Positions 37,916-52,307 of a stretch of DNA of 64,000 bases are shown here, piece by piece. The translations under genes were made by a program, and so were the position numbers. Location of the stretch: NCBI GenBank assembly GCA_964106915.2, contig OZ066916.1; one strand, written 5' to 3'. The stretch is from Podarcis gaigeae (taxonomy: Eukaryota). How positions within the stretch are numbered: position 1 is the first letter of the stretch; every line of letters starts with the position of its first letter. Under the pieces are notes generated by a model, which did not search any database, was not told the origin of the DNA, and worked only from the letters and a program-made list of their open reading frames with translations.

Positions 37916-40900
37916 TAATGAATTCTGCATTACACTAGATTTTATATTTCACAGTAGGAAGCAGATTAAAGATGCAATCATAACTGCTTATCTGGGAGTG
38001 AGCCCCATTGAATTCAATGGGACATTGGAGTAAATATGGTTAGGATTGCAGCCTTAGCACCTATAAGTTGCCCCTAGAAACAAAGTCAACTCTCAATCAA
38101 CACTGCTGAAGAAAGAAAAGCAATGGAGCTCCTTATGGGACAGCAGGAATTATATATGATTGAATATGTAAACAGTAAAGCAATTTACATCTCTATTTGC
38201 ATATAATGTCCACTTGTTTAGAAAAGCATTTATATAAGAATCCATGTCAGCTCAATGGTCCATTTTCATCAGATTCCTCCAACATTCTTAATCTCATCCA
38301 GTGGCATGGCTACAATATATTTGTTTGGGCCAATTAAATGGGTAAGTGGTTTTTATGGGGTGGTGGTCCTGTAGACCATTCTGTGCTGCTTGGAAGAAAG
38401 TCAGGATAAAAAATAAATAAGTGTTGAATTCTTTCTAGCAGACTTCACATGAAAGTTGTAATGTTTAAATTGGCCCTCAGAGGCATTGTTGAAGAACTAT
38501 AGCCAGTCATATGAAACCTTTGTTTTTGCAGTGTTTCATATTGCAACTTTATTGGCTCACCCTCTGTGGGTTTGCACGCTTTTCAGGTTTGTCCAAAACG
38601 TTAGATATGAACGAACACAGATTCCAGTAAAAGTGCATGTTACTTGCCAAAACTCACCTAGCTTCACTGTAAAACCTCCGAAGAGGTTGCCATAATTACT
38701 ATATCCCTTATCTTCCTGGCATATACTGAGACCCACTGATCTTTTCCCAACAACTTCTTTGGAGGAGAGTTTTTTTTTTAATGGTGTGGTTTTCTGAACA
38801 TAATATACAGTACTTTATGGTTTATTATTCTCAACCAAAATGTCATTTTTGTCATAAAGCTGTTCTTCATCTTAAAGTTTTTTCCGTCCAGGCAACATAG
38901 ATCATAATTATTTACTGGAATATTTCATCTTAAAATATTCTTCCTTTAGTGTGAACAATAGGTATAAAAATAGACTTCATTGTAGATTAATTTTACTGGT
39001 ACATAAAGCCTTTGGTGAATGACATTAAACTGATACTAATTCTAGGCTAGTTTCTATGTGGATTTTGATGCTCCTAAACTATTGGTCCAGTTCAGACATC
39101 ATGGCCTCTGACTCACATGGCCTCTGACTTTGGTCTCCTGTTCCCTCCTACAGTTGCTTGTTTACAATAGCTATAGTTAATTTTACTTACAAGTCAGGGC
39201 TGAGAAGCTAAGATCAAGCACAGTGAGGCATGGTCTAGTAGCAGGGTCTTGAGGTCAAACACAGCAGAGTGGTTCGAGGGTAGACAGGATTCCAAAAGCA
39301 AGGTATTAGCAAGGGTTGGTGGTAGCAGGTCAGTCAGGATAGGAGCAATAAGCTGGCTTGCCCAAAACTAAGGACTAGTGTTCTTCAAGAAACTAAGAGT
39401 TTATGTATCTGGTCACCCAAATCGGCTGCAACTGATTAGCCTAGCCTTCCAAGTTCCCTGCTCCCATATAGGCCCTTATTCCTGAGAAGTCCCATTCTTA
39501 CAAACCTAGAGTGGGGGTTGAATGAACCTGGGAAGAAGCTAAGTTCATTCAAATAGTGCCTGAATATATCACTGATAGTTTGTGCAGTTTGCACTTCATC
39601 CTGTGACCATTCAAACTAGGGAACTACTTTTTTTTTTAAAAAAAGGATGAAAATCAACATACAGTTTTTGTATGTTATGGTTTTTTGGACAAAAAATCCC
39701 TACATTGTTCCTGATCCCAGTAGTTGTACAGCTCCTTCTCTTCCATTATAATCACCTGGTGTGCCCCCCACCCATGAACATAATGTTTTAGTTGTGGCAT
39801 AAGTATTCCATCTTTTGACTTCTTGATCTGTATATAGACATGACAGAAAGGACCTCCATTCACTTTTAATGGAGCAAGATGGTTTTAAAGCAAGATGTAA
39901 TACAACAGACCTTTGCCTCAAATACAGCTTTTGTAATGAGTGCTTTGAGTTCTGCCGAACAAAGATTTTGTATCCATTTATTTCTTTGCTTCACATAAAG
40001 ACTTTCCTTCATTGATGGAGGAGCGGGAAAGCCTGTGAGGATTCAACATTGTTGAGTGTGTATTGTAATATATTTACTGTAGAGAGGAAACATAACATTT
40101 GTGCTGTTTAAAGAAGCCTTCAGTTTCTGTGAGCTCCCTTATTACATGTTTTAGAATTTTGAGGGAATATTTTAAAGAGCTTTAAAACTCTTGTTGACTC
40201 CAGTTGAAGAGATGATGCCAAAGACTGCTTTGACTGCTTTGTTTTCCATGAGCTAAGTTTAAAGTTAATAGGTTAAATCCAGTTGTGTCTCTCTACTGGC
40301 AGAAGGCTATTTGATGCAGTAGAAACGTCCTTGAGTAGAAAGGTAGAAGAGACTGTTTTTAGAAATTTCACCTTTCTTCTACAGACCCCTCTGTGACACC
40401 TCTCACACTGTTCGAATCTAAGGGGTCCCACCTTATAGGGGTGCAGAGAGCAGCAGATGTAAGGGGGAATCAGCAAAAATAATCTCTTCCCATTTTCTCC
40501 TCATGGAAACCTCCAGTAGATCAAAGAGCCTTCCACCAACCATTGGATGCAACCATATTTCATTAAGTGTTTCAACTTGCCAACCATTTTAGCAAATTCT
40601 TCAGCTGCTTGCAAGGATTTTTGGACACAAGTGTTGACAATAGTTCTGTTCTGTTGTGAAATTGCTTAATTGGGATAGTAATTTTAGTCCACTAGATGGA
40701 TGATTTCATCTGCTTGTTTTAGAAGCTATTTGATTGCCTCTAATTCCACATTAGTTACTTCGCATGGTTGCTTTTGGTGCCTGCATGTAATGATGCCACT
40801 TGGAAACAACAATGGTTGAATCCTCTATAGGCAGATTCATCCATTTCTCTAGTTTTCTAAACTGAACTGTGAATTGGGTACATTGCTGAATGGCAGCAGT

Positions 40901-42841
40901 TTTGAGAATTAGCTTTCCAGCTGGTGGAAACCTTTTGGTTTGTAAAATATTATGCAATTATAAGGTCCCAAATTGTATGAACTGTGCAATAATTAGCTAC
41001 TAGCTTATGTTGTAAAGAAGAAGAAAAAAACCCAGATTTATAATTTACCATAATGACCTAGCCATATTGAAATTATTGAGATTCTTGTCTGAAAATGGTA
41101 GCTTTCTTCTTAGTAAAACATTAGCCATTCAAACTGACTGAATGGAATTGATTTTAATGCCAAAGCAATGCTCTCAGATAACATGCCAAATACTGTGTCC
41201 ATTTTCCTGTTAAGTTCTGCAGTTCCCTGTTCCCCCACTTTCTTTATACTGCAAATGAATTTCTGGGTTTTAGTCAAGAATTGGAACTATGAAAGCATTG
41301 GTGTATCAGAGATGTAGCCGCCTGCCAAATCACACAGAGGTTTGTTGATTCCATGCTTTGGTGATCATACAGTATCCTAAAAGTTAGGCTGAATAAGTGA
41401 CAACCTTCATTTTATTCAGTGGCATGTTTGACATGTATCTAAAATGGTAGACACATGCACTGGAATTGATACATTTACAACTAGAGTTTAGTTTTTCTGT
41501 TCATTAAGTATAGCATGACATACACACATAAGCAATATAAAATGGCTGGATATGTGTGATTTATTTTATAGGAAGAAACACTTCATGAGCAAATGGTTAG
41601 TGTCTTCAGTTAGCCGTGTTAGAATTGATTCGGAACAAGCTTGTTACCAAAAATCTGTATAGAAGCACCCAGTAGAATTAAAATTCTGTTTTAAGTAGTT
41701 TATTTAAAATATTTATTTGTTGAGTATCTAAAGAAGAACTACACACTGTACAGAACATGTAAATAAGAAGATAGGCTTTGTCAAAATAGGTTTATTGTTC
41801 AGTCTTAAATGTGTTTGTATTTCTTGCCAGATCATCTTTAGGACTGTGAGTTTTCCCAATGACACTGACACTGAGACAGTTTGAACTTAAACCAGAGTAC
41901 AAGTGCTTCTCTGGATTTGGTGCATGTCACACAATCTGCTACAATCTAGGCATGAGCTTGAGGATCTTGAAATATTTCTGTTTTCAAACTTAAAAGCTGA
42001 AGTCTATGTCTCCATTCCTCTATTTTAAATTTGGTTTAATAGGGCCGCTGCTTTCTCCTCTATATAAGACTCCAGAGCTCCTGCAATTAGTGATAATTCA
42101 CTGAAATGGGCTGGAATCTGAAATCCATTGGCTGAAAGGAGAATGGGCTGCTTGTTAATGTTCCAAGGCTGCCACGCCAACCGGTACCCACTTGAAAAGT
42201 GTGGCTCTTGCACTTGGCTGCTTGACATGTCCAGCTGATGGAGGCTGGCTCAGCATCTGCTGCATTCATTGTATCTAATGGTGTATCCATCTGTTGGCTG
42301 TCAAAGCCATTGCCAGCAAATTACTAATATATTAGAGAAACATGGAAATAAGTTTGTAATTCTCATTCCTGGCTTTCTGTCTCGTTTGTTGCTATTTATT
42401 TATTTATTGAGGTGTTGAGGGAGGAAATCTACATTTCCCCCCCTAAAAGGTTATCGTGTTCTTGTCAACCTAGCCCATTCTGACTCAACCACTTTGATAA
42501 AGAAGATTCCTCTGTGTTTGTGGGTGATGTCTATTCTACTGCTGCCCTGCACGTAGCCCCAATAAGGAAAATTCAGAACAAATGTTTGTTTTTTTAATAC
42601 CAGAAGATTACAAGGCGTTAGAGATCTATACTCATGCTTCTCTGTTGCAAATTAATTTTACAGTATCATATGAGAGGCTTCAGACAGGTCAATGTGTCTC
42701 TGAGACAAACACACACACATGGATATACATACACACTTGCAAGTGTGTGAGTTGAAGTTCACCAACATTTGGATGGCCACAGGTTCCCCCTCCCAGCTTT
42801 AGATGAGACTTCAGTGTCATCCCATGGAGACACTCTTTCTT

Positions 42842-43077
42842 TCTTTAAGATAAATGATTTACATTGGGATGGTATTATTTGGACATTAAATAAGAATGGA
42901 AGCAGGTAAAGGAACAACATCATCATCTCCCCAAAATCAGAACATGGGAAGTCACCCAAAAATGTTTAATTTGGAATGGAATAATTTGGCTTCTTAAATT
43001 GTATTATGATTTGGTATTGTATCAATGTGGCTTATATTGGATTATTATTAATGAAAAATTAATTAATTTTTTTTAAA
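42842..43077 (+). mobile_element. 5'-truncated L1-like 3' end with 15-bp TSD
   Basis: GAGACACTCTTTCTT (42827-41) and GAGACATTCTTTCTT (43078-92) flank an AT-rich 3' UTR-like segment similar in style to 7200-7290. Confidence 0.6.
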
Positions 43078-43789
43078 GAGACATTCTTTCTTACCTGAAG
43101 CCATAAGACATTTGAGAGATCAAAAGAAAATGGGTTTTTTATCTTCTGTGACTCATCTTGTCTATGAATAGTAATATAGTACCTTTAACAGCTAGGATAG
43201 ATCCTCCTCCTTGTATAAAGAAACTGGGAGACGCTTCTCATGCTGTTTCAAAGATTCAGTTACAATCTCAAGAAGTGCAGTTATATCTGATAAAGTTCCA
43301 GTCTTGACCAGAGATTCCTAATATAGCATATATGGGTCAGATCTATGCTGACGATTGGAATTATATACATTATATTATATATATTAGAAAGATTACTATG
43401 TAAAGCAGAAGTAGATAATGTTAGATTTCTGAGGGCTATTCAACCTGCAAGGTTTTTTCTCCTGACCACAAAGTCCTCACTGCTGCCATGTGATTACTAG
43501 GCAGGTGTGAAGAAGTTTTTCCAGGACAAAAGACCCAGCAGGTATTGATGTCACGTAAAGATTTTCCTGTTTCTCGTAGAATATGAATGGGAATGTCTGG
43601 TTTGTGTTCGCAAACACAGCTGCATAATAAAAATAGATATGTGTAGAACAAACAGTGGATATACCAGTGAATTTATATCTGAGTGGAAGTAAAATGTCAG
43701 CAATAAAGGCTGTTGGTGAATTGTTTATCAATTATATTAGAAAGGTTGATTACCTATGGCTGTGCTGGGGTGGGGATTAAAAAGTTGTA

Positions 43790-44015
43790 CAGTGGTACCT
43801 TGGGTTACATACACTTCAGGTTACAGACTCCGCTAACTCAGAAATATTACCTCTGGTTAAGAACTTTGCTTCAGGATGAGAACAGAAATCGGGCTCCAGC
43901 AGCGCGGCAGCAGCAGGAGGCCCCATTAGCTAAAGTGGTGCTTCAGGTTAAGAACAGTTTCAGGTTAAGAACAGACCTCTGGAACGAATTAAGTACTTAA
44001 CCCGAGGTACCACTG
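43790..44015. mobile_element. Tc1/mariner-pogo (Tigger-like) MITE, 226 bp
   Basis: TIR CAGTGGTACCT(T/C)GGGTTA, TA TSD on both sides, internal TTCAGGTTA repeats. Confidence 0.9.
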
Positions 44016-44809
44016 TATTTAAAATAGCAGCTAAAACTGGAGGCTGGCATTTCATTTTAAGCACATAGTGGGAGTGCTTGTTGTCAGTTCTTAAAGCGAA
44101 TGCTCAATGTTATTTAATTTCCTTTAAAATCACAAGATAGAACTTGTAAGGCATGACTGAGTTAAAAGTTTACGGAAGAAGGAAAAAGAAATAGACATAA
44201 TGTAACCGGGCTTGCATATGAACCTATTATGAAGATACTATGACAATACCAATCTAGATCTTTATTTGTTAATGTACAAAGGGCACGGGGAAGGAATTAT
44301 ATATGTTCTGTGTTTCTTATTCTAGAATGTGAAGAATGAGAGGAAAGGGATCTAATGTTTCCATTTCAGTGAAAAGTCTGCTTAATTGGGAACACTTTTT
44401 CAAAGTATAGGAGCAACAAGGAAGACATGCCACCACAGCCTGCAATGCACAGTACTCACCCTAGCTATATTTTCTTAAGGTCCTTCCTTGTTTCACCCCT
44501 ATGTTTCTACTTCCCCACTCTTTTCAACCCTGCTTCTGGTGTTGCAGGATGATTATGCAGCTGCAGTCCCCACCCCCACCTCCCAAAATATCCTGCCTTC
44601 TCCTGTCCACCACATATCCTCAGTGAAGCAAGTCCACCACTTTCAGAAATCCTTATCTGCAGAAAACCAGTATTGAATAATAGATAGGGAATCCTCCATT
44701 TGTGTCTTGCACTGTTTGGGTTATTTCATTTAATGAGATTTTCCAGCAAGCTGTTTCTCTGAATCCAAGGTTGTAACTTTATTTTCCTCTGTTACATTGT
44801 TTTGTCTAG

Positions 44810-45137
44810 GAAACTACTCCAGACAGCCAACGTACTCTGGGGTGACCAACACGAGTTACAGTGGCCCAGGACCTGGTATGGGTATAAATGCCAGCAGCCA
44901 GATGCATGGACAAGGGCCAGGCCAGCCTTGTGGTACCATACCCCTGGGACGAATGCCATCAGCTGGGATGCAGAGCAGACCGTTTCCTGGAAATATGAGC
45001 AGTATGACCCCCAATTCTCCAGGCATGTCTCAGCAGGGAGGCCCAGGGATGGGACCACCCATGCCGACTGTGAACCGTAAGGCACAGGAGGCGGCTGCAG
45101 CAGTGATGCAGGCTGCCGCAAACTCCGCCCAGAGCAG
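44810..45137 (+). CDS. ARID1B: ARID1B internal coding exon (328 nt, phase 1-2): (G)[10 protein letters not shown]...[29 protein letters not shown](R)
   Basis: TTTTGTCTAG acceptor and GTATGA donor at 45138. Contains the ARID1B signature [52 protein letters not shown]. Lies within ORF 44797..45195. Confidence 0.97.
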
Positions 45138-46843
45138 GTATGAGTCCAAAGGAAAGGTTCCAAAACCATTTAAAATGTACTTGCTTATAAAGTAAAGGAG
45201 GTTTGTGCAAAGGACAAAATGGTATAATTGTTAAAAGAAACCCAAATGACAGTGGCAGGTGTTTACCATTTCAAGACATGTTTTATATCTATGAATATAA
45301 GTATTTATAGTTCCACAGTTTTAATATGACGTAAAAAGTAAAATCCCTACAATTAACCCCTGCAATTCTGAAAGGGTAAATTTTGTACACACAGGTGTGG
45401 CATGAATTGTTGGGGAAAGGAGGGTGGAAAGAAGCACCATTGCTGGGATCGTTGTTGTCTCTTGGGCATTTGAAGTCTCCAGAACATTTTCAAAATTCAT
45501 TCGCCAATGGATATGAGCAGTTGTGGGCAGGGGCCACCCTTTTTAAAGCTAACCAGAATATCTAATTTATAACTGCTGTTCTGAGGTGGAGACTGAAATA
45601 TGGATTATTAATCTCTAGTCTTGTGGTTTTTGCAGTACAGGAAGCATCTTCCTCAGGTCTTGAGTTAGCACCATAAATTTACACTCCATAGCTAATATGT
45701 GCAGCCAACTATCCCTGGGATGATATCTCCAAGACCCTTAAGGGAGAATACCTGGTCACTGGATTGCAGTATGTGCCTGCAGTTCTAAAAACCTGTGGAA
45801 ACGCAAATAGCATCTTTCCTTGTGCTGCCTATGGCAGCCATGGGGAACACATGCTCTCACGTTTCTTGAGATCATGTTGTGTTTCTCTGTTTCATAGTGT
45901 TGAAATAGACAGACTTTTCCTCAGCAGAAAAATGAATTTTATTGTTTTGCAAGATGGATCTATATGCATGTGTATATTAAGTGCATGCATATATAAAATA
46001 CATATTTATACACATTTCTACAGACATATACATTGCATTTGGTTATATAATATACCATTGATGACCTTACGCACTAATTACTCCAGATATTTTTATGTCT
46101 ATTATGCATATAAAGGAAAAGGTATACACAACTTGTTTGTACTATGGAGGATTAGGTAGACCTAAAACATCTTTTAAAACCCCCAAAATACTACTATTTT
46201 AATAGGATAAAATCACATTACCTTTCTAAATTACTGACCTGGGCTCCTGTGAAATTCAGTAGATCAACAGGTTTTATGCATTTTTTTGTTTTGGTTTGAG
46301 CAATTGGTATTTTACAAACATAAAAGCAATATAATTAATTTTAAACATTAATAATTGCCAGTAAAATAGAGTGCATGGTTGCAATTCACATTATGAATTT
46401 GGATAAAGAATTTCATATTTGATTTAAACACACAAACATAATACCCGTAGGTTGCTTTCCCACTTGAAGCCTAACTCTCAAATCTATTTTGTAGACTTAC
46501 TTTTCAGTTGCTGTATCTCCATAATCAAAACACAACATTTCAAAACCTCTTCATCACATTGTGCGCCCCAGGTAATCTAACACCTGTAGGAAGATTATGA
46601 AGTCATTAGACCTTAATTGCAAAAGGAACATTAGGAAGCAACTTGTGGGATGAATCCCTTTTTATCCAAGAGGTTTGGAAGCACAGCATTTTTCTCCTTG
46701 GTTCCTAATGGAAAGCTATATGGCTATTTGCCCAACAGTAAGAATCCTACATGCTTCAGTATGGAAGGATTGTAGCTGACGAGGTGGTTCATGCTTGTGA
46801 TCCAATACAAATCCAAAGAAGCTGTTCTTTTGTTCTGCTTTAG

Positions 46844-46972
46844 GCCACCATACATTAGGTCGCCTGCTTATCCCAGCCAGTCTGGGGCTGGCGGACGCCC
46901 CATGTTTTCTTCACAGCACCCCAACTATGGCAGCACTCAGGCTCCCATGATGCATCAGCCTGACCAGTACGG
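46844..46972 (+). CDS. ARID1B: Probable additional/cassette ARID1B exon (129 nt, phase 2-2): (R)PPYIRSPAYPSQSGAGGRPMFSSQHPNYGSTQAPMMHQPDQY(G)
   Basis: TTCTTTTGTTCTGCTTTAG acceptor and GG|GTAGGT donor. Length is 43 codons, open in the frame set by the previous exon (AG|G = Arg). P/Y/S/G/Q/M-rich composition like the neighbouring exons, with a local rise in GC and CpG. Confidence 0.8.
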
Positions 46973-48982
46973 GTAGGTAGCCATGTAAACTGGACTTGCT
47001 GTGGGATCTTGACAGGGTTCTTTCTCCTAAATGTTATATGCCATTTGGCTATTGAAGGCACTCCAGATCAAGTATAATGCTTGCATCTGAAAAGGAATTT
47101 GCTTTTTTGTTTTTACTAACTATGTCAGATATGATTTTTAAAAAGACAAACAAAAAACTGCATGTCACCCACACTGCATGGCTTGTGGCATGGCTCTGTT
47201 TCCTTCATGCCTGAGAGGGAAATGAAGATCTCCATTGGCTGCAAATAAATTAAATCTTGTGTTTTTCTGCACCATTACTTGTCCCTTCCTCCATTTTTTT
47301 GTCGTTGTTGTCTAGGAGCAGAATCATGAGACACTGAAATTACCATGGCTGTCTTGTTGTTATCATCACATTAAGCTTCTCCCCAAAAATACGCTATGTA
47401 TTTATGAAACTGATTGCAGAAGCAATGGCAGTAGTTAGTAATGGGGCTTATAAAAGGTTTCATGGTATCATAATTTAAACAATTTATGAAAGGGTGACAG
47501 CCTGCTAACACTTCTGCCAAGGGGTGTAAAACTTGAGGTGTCTAGTATGAAATTACCTGAACTACGGGGGATTTTGTTCCAGTTAATTGTGTTTTCATCA
47601 GTATTTCCCTACTCTTTTTTTAAAAGATTACGTCACTGTGAAAGTGCTCCCACCATTCAGTTTCAAAATTTTCAGAAGTAATACACACCCAGTCAAATTA
47701 CTGCTATCACTGGCCAACTGAAAATCCCCAAAGTTGCAGTATTCTTCTCTGGATGCAGGGAGACCAATGAGTCCTGATTTTGCTAACATGAAATATTTAA
47801 AAGAATTGTGTGGCACCCCTGAAAAATATGAAGCAAACTATTAGGACTCTAACACTGTGGAAGTTTATAGTTCCTTTTACTTAAGATTTTTGATAGTCAA
47901 GTTAACATTTTGGTCAGTGTCTACATGCATTTGAACGTAACAGTAAGCAGTGGTTTGGCACTCCAAGCATGAACTGGAACAAGCCCAAGCAAAGCCTTAG
48001 GCACATTTGCCCCCCTCGTCTCCTTCCATGTGACCACTAGTGTCTACTTCTGGTTTCACAGAATTTTGGCTTGTTATATAGGAATCAGAGATGGTGGTTT
48101 GAAACAAATTCTGGGGTGTTAAAACATGCCAGCTACATAACCCGTAATTTGAAGTTGGCTTGTTTTGAAACCGATCAGAGTTCGTTTAAAACTGTGATGT
48201 TTAGTTTGTACACAACAACAAACCAGGATTCTCTGTAACCAAAAATAAACACATATTTTCCCCAGCTGCATAGAAGGAGGAGGAGGAAAGGCGAAGTTTA
48301 TGAGCCCAATAATTTGCTTGGGCTTGTTCCAGCTCAAGTACATAGTACATGTGAACTGGGCCATGATAGGTAGTTGTTTTTAAAAACAAAAACAAAAACC
48401 CCTAGAACAACACACTTATAAAAGTCACAGAGAGTGAACGCGCGCAGTGTTTTTCTACCACATCATTAGTTTTGAAGGGGAAGCCTGTAGTTTTCGAATG
48501 TCATTGGCAATTGTAACAAAATACCGATCTTTGGTGCCTGGATTAAAATAAAATAAGAGAGTGCAATCCTCCTCCCCCAAAGTTCCTTGGAATGAATGAA
48601 GTTTTGAACTTGCTTAAGTGAGTTGGGTGGGAAGTAGTTTTATGAAACGCTTTTGATGGCTTCCAAGTCATATACTAAACTGTAACATGATCCCAGTGTT
48701 GAAAGCACGGATTTCTTTTTTTCTAAACCACAAGAAATGCTCTTAGAAATTTAGGAATCTTATTTAGACACAGAAAGCTAGTTTGGCTTTGCTGTGCCAA
48801 GTCACATTAAGCAACTGTGTAAAATGAATTTAAATGGCATGCATCAGAGCGAGCTCACTTCTGCTGAGGCAGAAAATCAATGCCTGCTAAGCAGAACTTG
48901 AACAATCAAGATCAGGGATTCAATCGGTTATATTATCCTGGTGCAGAATTCTACCCTTCTAATTAAAAAGAAAGGTTAATAG

Positions 48983-49064
48983 TGCAATCCTAACAATGTC
49001 TACTCAGAGGTACTCTTACTGAATTTAGTAGGCCTTACTCCCTGGTAAGGAGGGTTAGGATTGC
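48983..49064. mobile_element. Short palindromic MITE (about 80 bp); relatives at about 37974-38050 and 21440-21512
   Basis: TGCAATCCTAAC ... GTTAGGATTGCA termini, repeated in the window. Confidence 0.65.
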
Positions 49065-51805
49065 AACCTAAGACTTTTAGAAGCAACATCATTCCGACAT
49101 CTCTACAGAAGTAGTAGTTACCCTCTTGAATGGTAACTATTTTTTGTTATAATAATCCAGATGGTATATTATGTAGGAACACTATATTCACTACTAAGCA
49201 GACAAGCCTTTCTCTAGTGTGGTTTGGACTTGGTGCCAAAGAGTAATACCATTCTTGGAGATCAGCAAATAACCCTGAAAAAGCAGGAAGCCATAAAGAG
49301 TTAAATCACTTTCCTTTTCCTTTTTCTTGTTTTTGTCCTGGCCAAGACTTTCAGAAGCTGTATATTATGGATAAGGAGAGTATGCTCACATGTGACAAAT
49401 CTCTGCAATTACCATGGAAGGATACAGTGAGTGCACTATAAAAATGAAGGATGGCAACAACAACTGAGCTTTAGACTTCCTCAACGGGTTGGATATGAAG
49501 AAGTAATAAAGGCAACAAATAAACTTGGGATTAAATTTTAAGGGGTTTCCAATTTTGAATGTCTCTTGATGGGTGCCCAAGTTGAGACACATGGTCTCTG
49601 ATAGACGCTGCTGAGCACACACATTGTAGCTTCGAAAAAGGAGTGTATTTGATGGTGTGTATTTAATAAAGGCCTTCAAGCAGTGGGAGGCTTACATCTT
49701 TTTGGGGTCTGTTTGCTGAAATGGAAGGGGGATACAATCTGCCGGCACAAAATGCTATAGCCTTCTCCGTAGCAAATCAGTGAGCACAAAGGGGGACACA
49801 CAGCTTTAGTTCACTTCCTTTGTGTTTATCTTGAAACTGCTAGAGAAGTAAAGGAGGGGGAGAGTTAAAGCAGTATGCATTCCTGTGTTAGTTCTTGTTT
49901 CCCTGTTTTGTTTTTGAATACAAAGAGACCTAAGAAGAGATTCACAGATTCAGGTATTTATTATTTGTGGTTCTAGCTCACCCTTCACTGAGTGGTCCCA
50001 GGGCAGGTTACAAAAAGGTACCATAGACACAAATTTTATTTATTTATAATTAGCACTGCCTTCCTGCCATCAAGCATAAAGATACATGTCCAAATGTGTC
50101 ATTGTAGGTAATTTCTGGTAATACGTTAAGTGATTCCACTCCACCAGAAAGCTGCCGGCTATGTTGGATGTCAGGTTATTGCCAAGTGTCTTATGTGAAA
50201 TGACTAATGCCTTCCGACACTTGCCTGTATATATAGTAAAATATGCTACATATACAAAAATTTCAGGAATTGGTATGGTATTCAAATATGCAAACCCAGT
50301 TTTAAGTGTGAGGAAAACAGATATTCATCACAGTCCAGACTGGACAAATGTAGTATTGCAGAGTTGCACTGTGTGAATACTATATTTTTTCATATGTCAA
50401 TTATAGTTCAGACAATAGGTACAAAAATGTTTTAATGTGTTTGCTCAGAATGTTGTTTGTTCCTTCTCTTAAAAAGGGGGGGGTTTAGGCACTTCATTTT
50501 AAAGTTTGGAAGTACTAGTTACTAGTTGAAACATATCAGCAATTAGTGGTCAGGTCACCATGTGAAAACTCATAAGCATCTGAATATTGCAAATTTTTAT
50601 TCAGATGCTGAGTGAGGGCTTCTTTTCTCTTTATCTAGAACTTTTAAAAATATGTTTTAATTTTGTGTGCTGCCCTGAGACCTTGGTATATAAATCAATC
50701 AAACAAACTTACTAAATGCATGTCAGAAGGGCCCCCTAAGGGCACAGTCAAAAACAGCTTCCATGAGAAACCATCCTTGCATATTACATGGCCAACACTT
50801 ATATTGGCTGTCTCGACTTGCAGAGGCTCAGCATGAGCTGAAGCTCCCTGGACATAAGGGCTGGAATTTCCCATGCTAGACCCTATATTAGAGCTGTCAA
50901 TTAATACTGTAATTTTGTCAAAAGGAAATGCACAGTTGCAAAGAGAATTTATTTGGCCTTTGGATTCCTTGATACTCTACCACCTAAGACACTAAGCCTT
51001 GGATAGAGAGGAGTCTAAGCTTGCACTAAAGTGTTCCTCTTTGTACACAGAGGTCATGGCTCCTTTTGATGTCTGTTGAACATGCAGAACGTTAATCCTT
51101 CAGATAGAGCAGGGATTGCCACTAGAAGGTAGATTAAAACATCTCATATTTGAGCAAATGGAACCTCGCACTTATCTGGATCTAAGGCTCAGTCTTTCAT
51201 AGTATCATGAACTGCAATACACAATAATAATTTTAATTGCATTATGTTTCAGTTTACTTCATTCTTCGTAAACCCGCTGCATTCTCAGCCTGTACTGCAC
51301 TATCTGGGTTCAGTAGTGTGTGCACTTATTTGCAATTGAGGTGCATTGAAATAATTGGTCTGGTTTGCATAACTTGCTAAATAAGACTTTGATTTAGTGA
51401 AACCCACAGCTACTTGGCTTTTCCCTGGTCCTTTTTGTTGCCCGCCACATTCTGAAGTCCAAGTTTGGTTTAGTGTGTAATCTGAAATAGGGCTCGCTCA
51501 TGTTTAATCTCTCTCCACACTAACCACAAACTGTAGCCAAGAACAAACTTTGGTTACATCTCATGGTTAGGGAGGAGAGAGATTAACCATGAATCTTGGT
51601 TTTGATGATATGCTAAGCCAAAGTTTGGCTTGGTGCAGGGGAGGAGTCGTGGGGCTGCAAGTTCCTTTCAGAGCTTGCATCTTCATGTGGTCTTGTTAAG
51701 GCAAGGATTGGCTTGGTATGTCATGCATATCAGTGACACTTACTTTTGAGTAAAGCTGACTCTTTATCATGTCAGGTCGTCAGTCTACTTAATGCACCTG
51801 ATGAA

Positions 51806-52158
51806 AATCTCTTTATTTGGCAATCACTCGTAGCTGAGTAAGATTGTCTTCCATAAACATGGTTTTAACAGTGGATCCATAAGTGACTGTGGAGGCCAGT
51901 TCTGGATCCACACATCTTTCCACAATGGGGACATAGGTTTCTGGGTGGGAGTTGATCATGGTGAGGGTTTGCCAAGCGTGCCTTCCTCGTAGCACGTTTC
52001 TCCCTTTCATCCTGAGTTCAAGCGTATTCAAAGCTGGTAAAGGCTGTTCTCCAGTTGGAGCGTTCGCAGGCCAGTGTTTCCCAGTTGCCGGTGTTTATAC
52101 TACATTTTTAAAGATTTGCCTTGAGAGAGTCTTAAAACCTCTTTTGTTGACCACCGGC
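51806..52158 (-). mobile_element. RTE-clade LINE 3' end
   Basis: The minus strand encodes, with frameshifts, GGQQKRF-DSLKANL-KCSINTGNWETLACERSNWRTAF, typical of the RTE ORF C-terminus, followed by a 3' UTR. Confidence 0.75.
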
Positions 52159-52307
52159 TATACTCATATATGACCATCATGTGAATATTACATTTCTGTG
52201 AAGCATTGAGAGAACCTAGGGTGGGTTCCCTTTTGCTGCCTGTGTTACACAGGCCAGTGACCAAAATGGTTGTTAGTTAACATGGCAGAGTCAATGAAGT
52301 GCGGGAT

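Noticed and set aside
44792-45210. Overlapping antisense and alternative-frame ORFs over the 328-nt exon
   Set aside because: By-products of the GC-rich coding exon, with no independent evidence.
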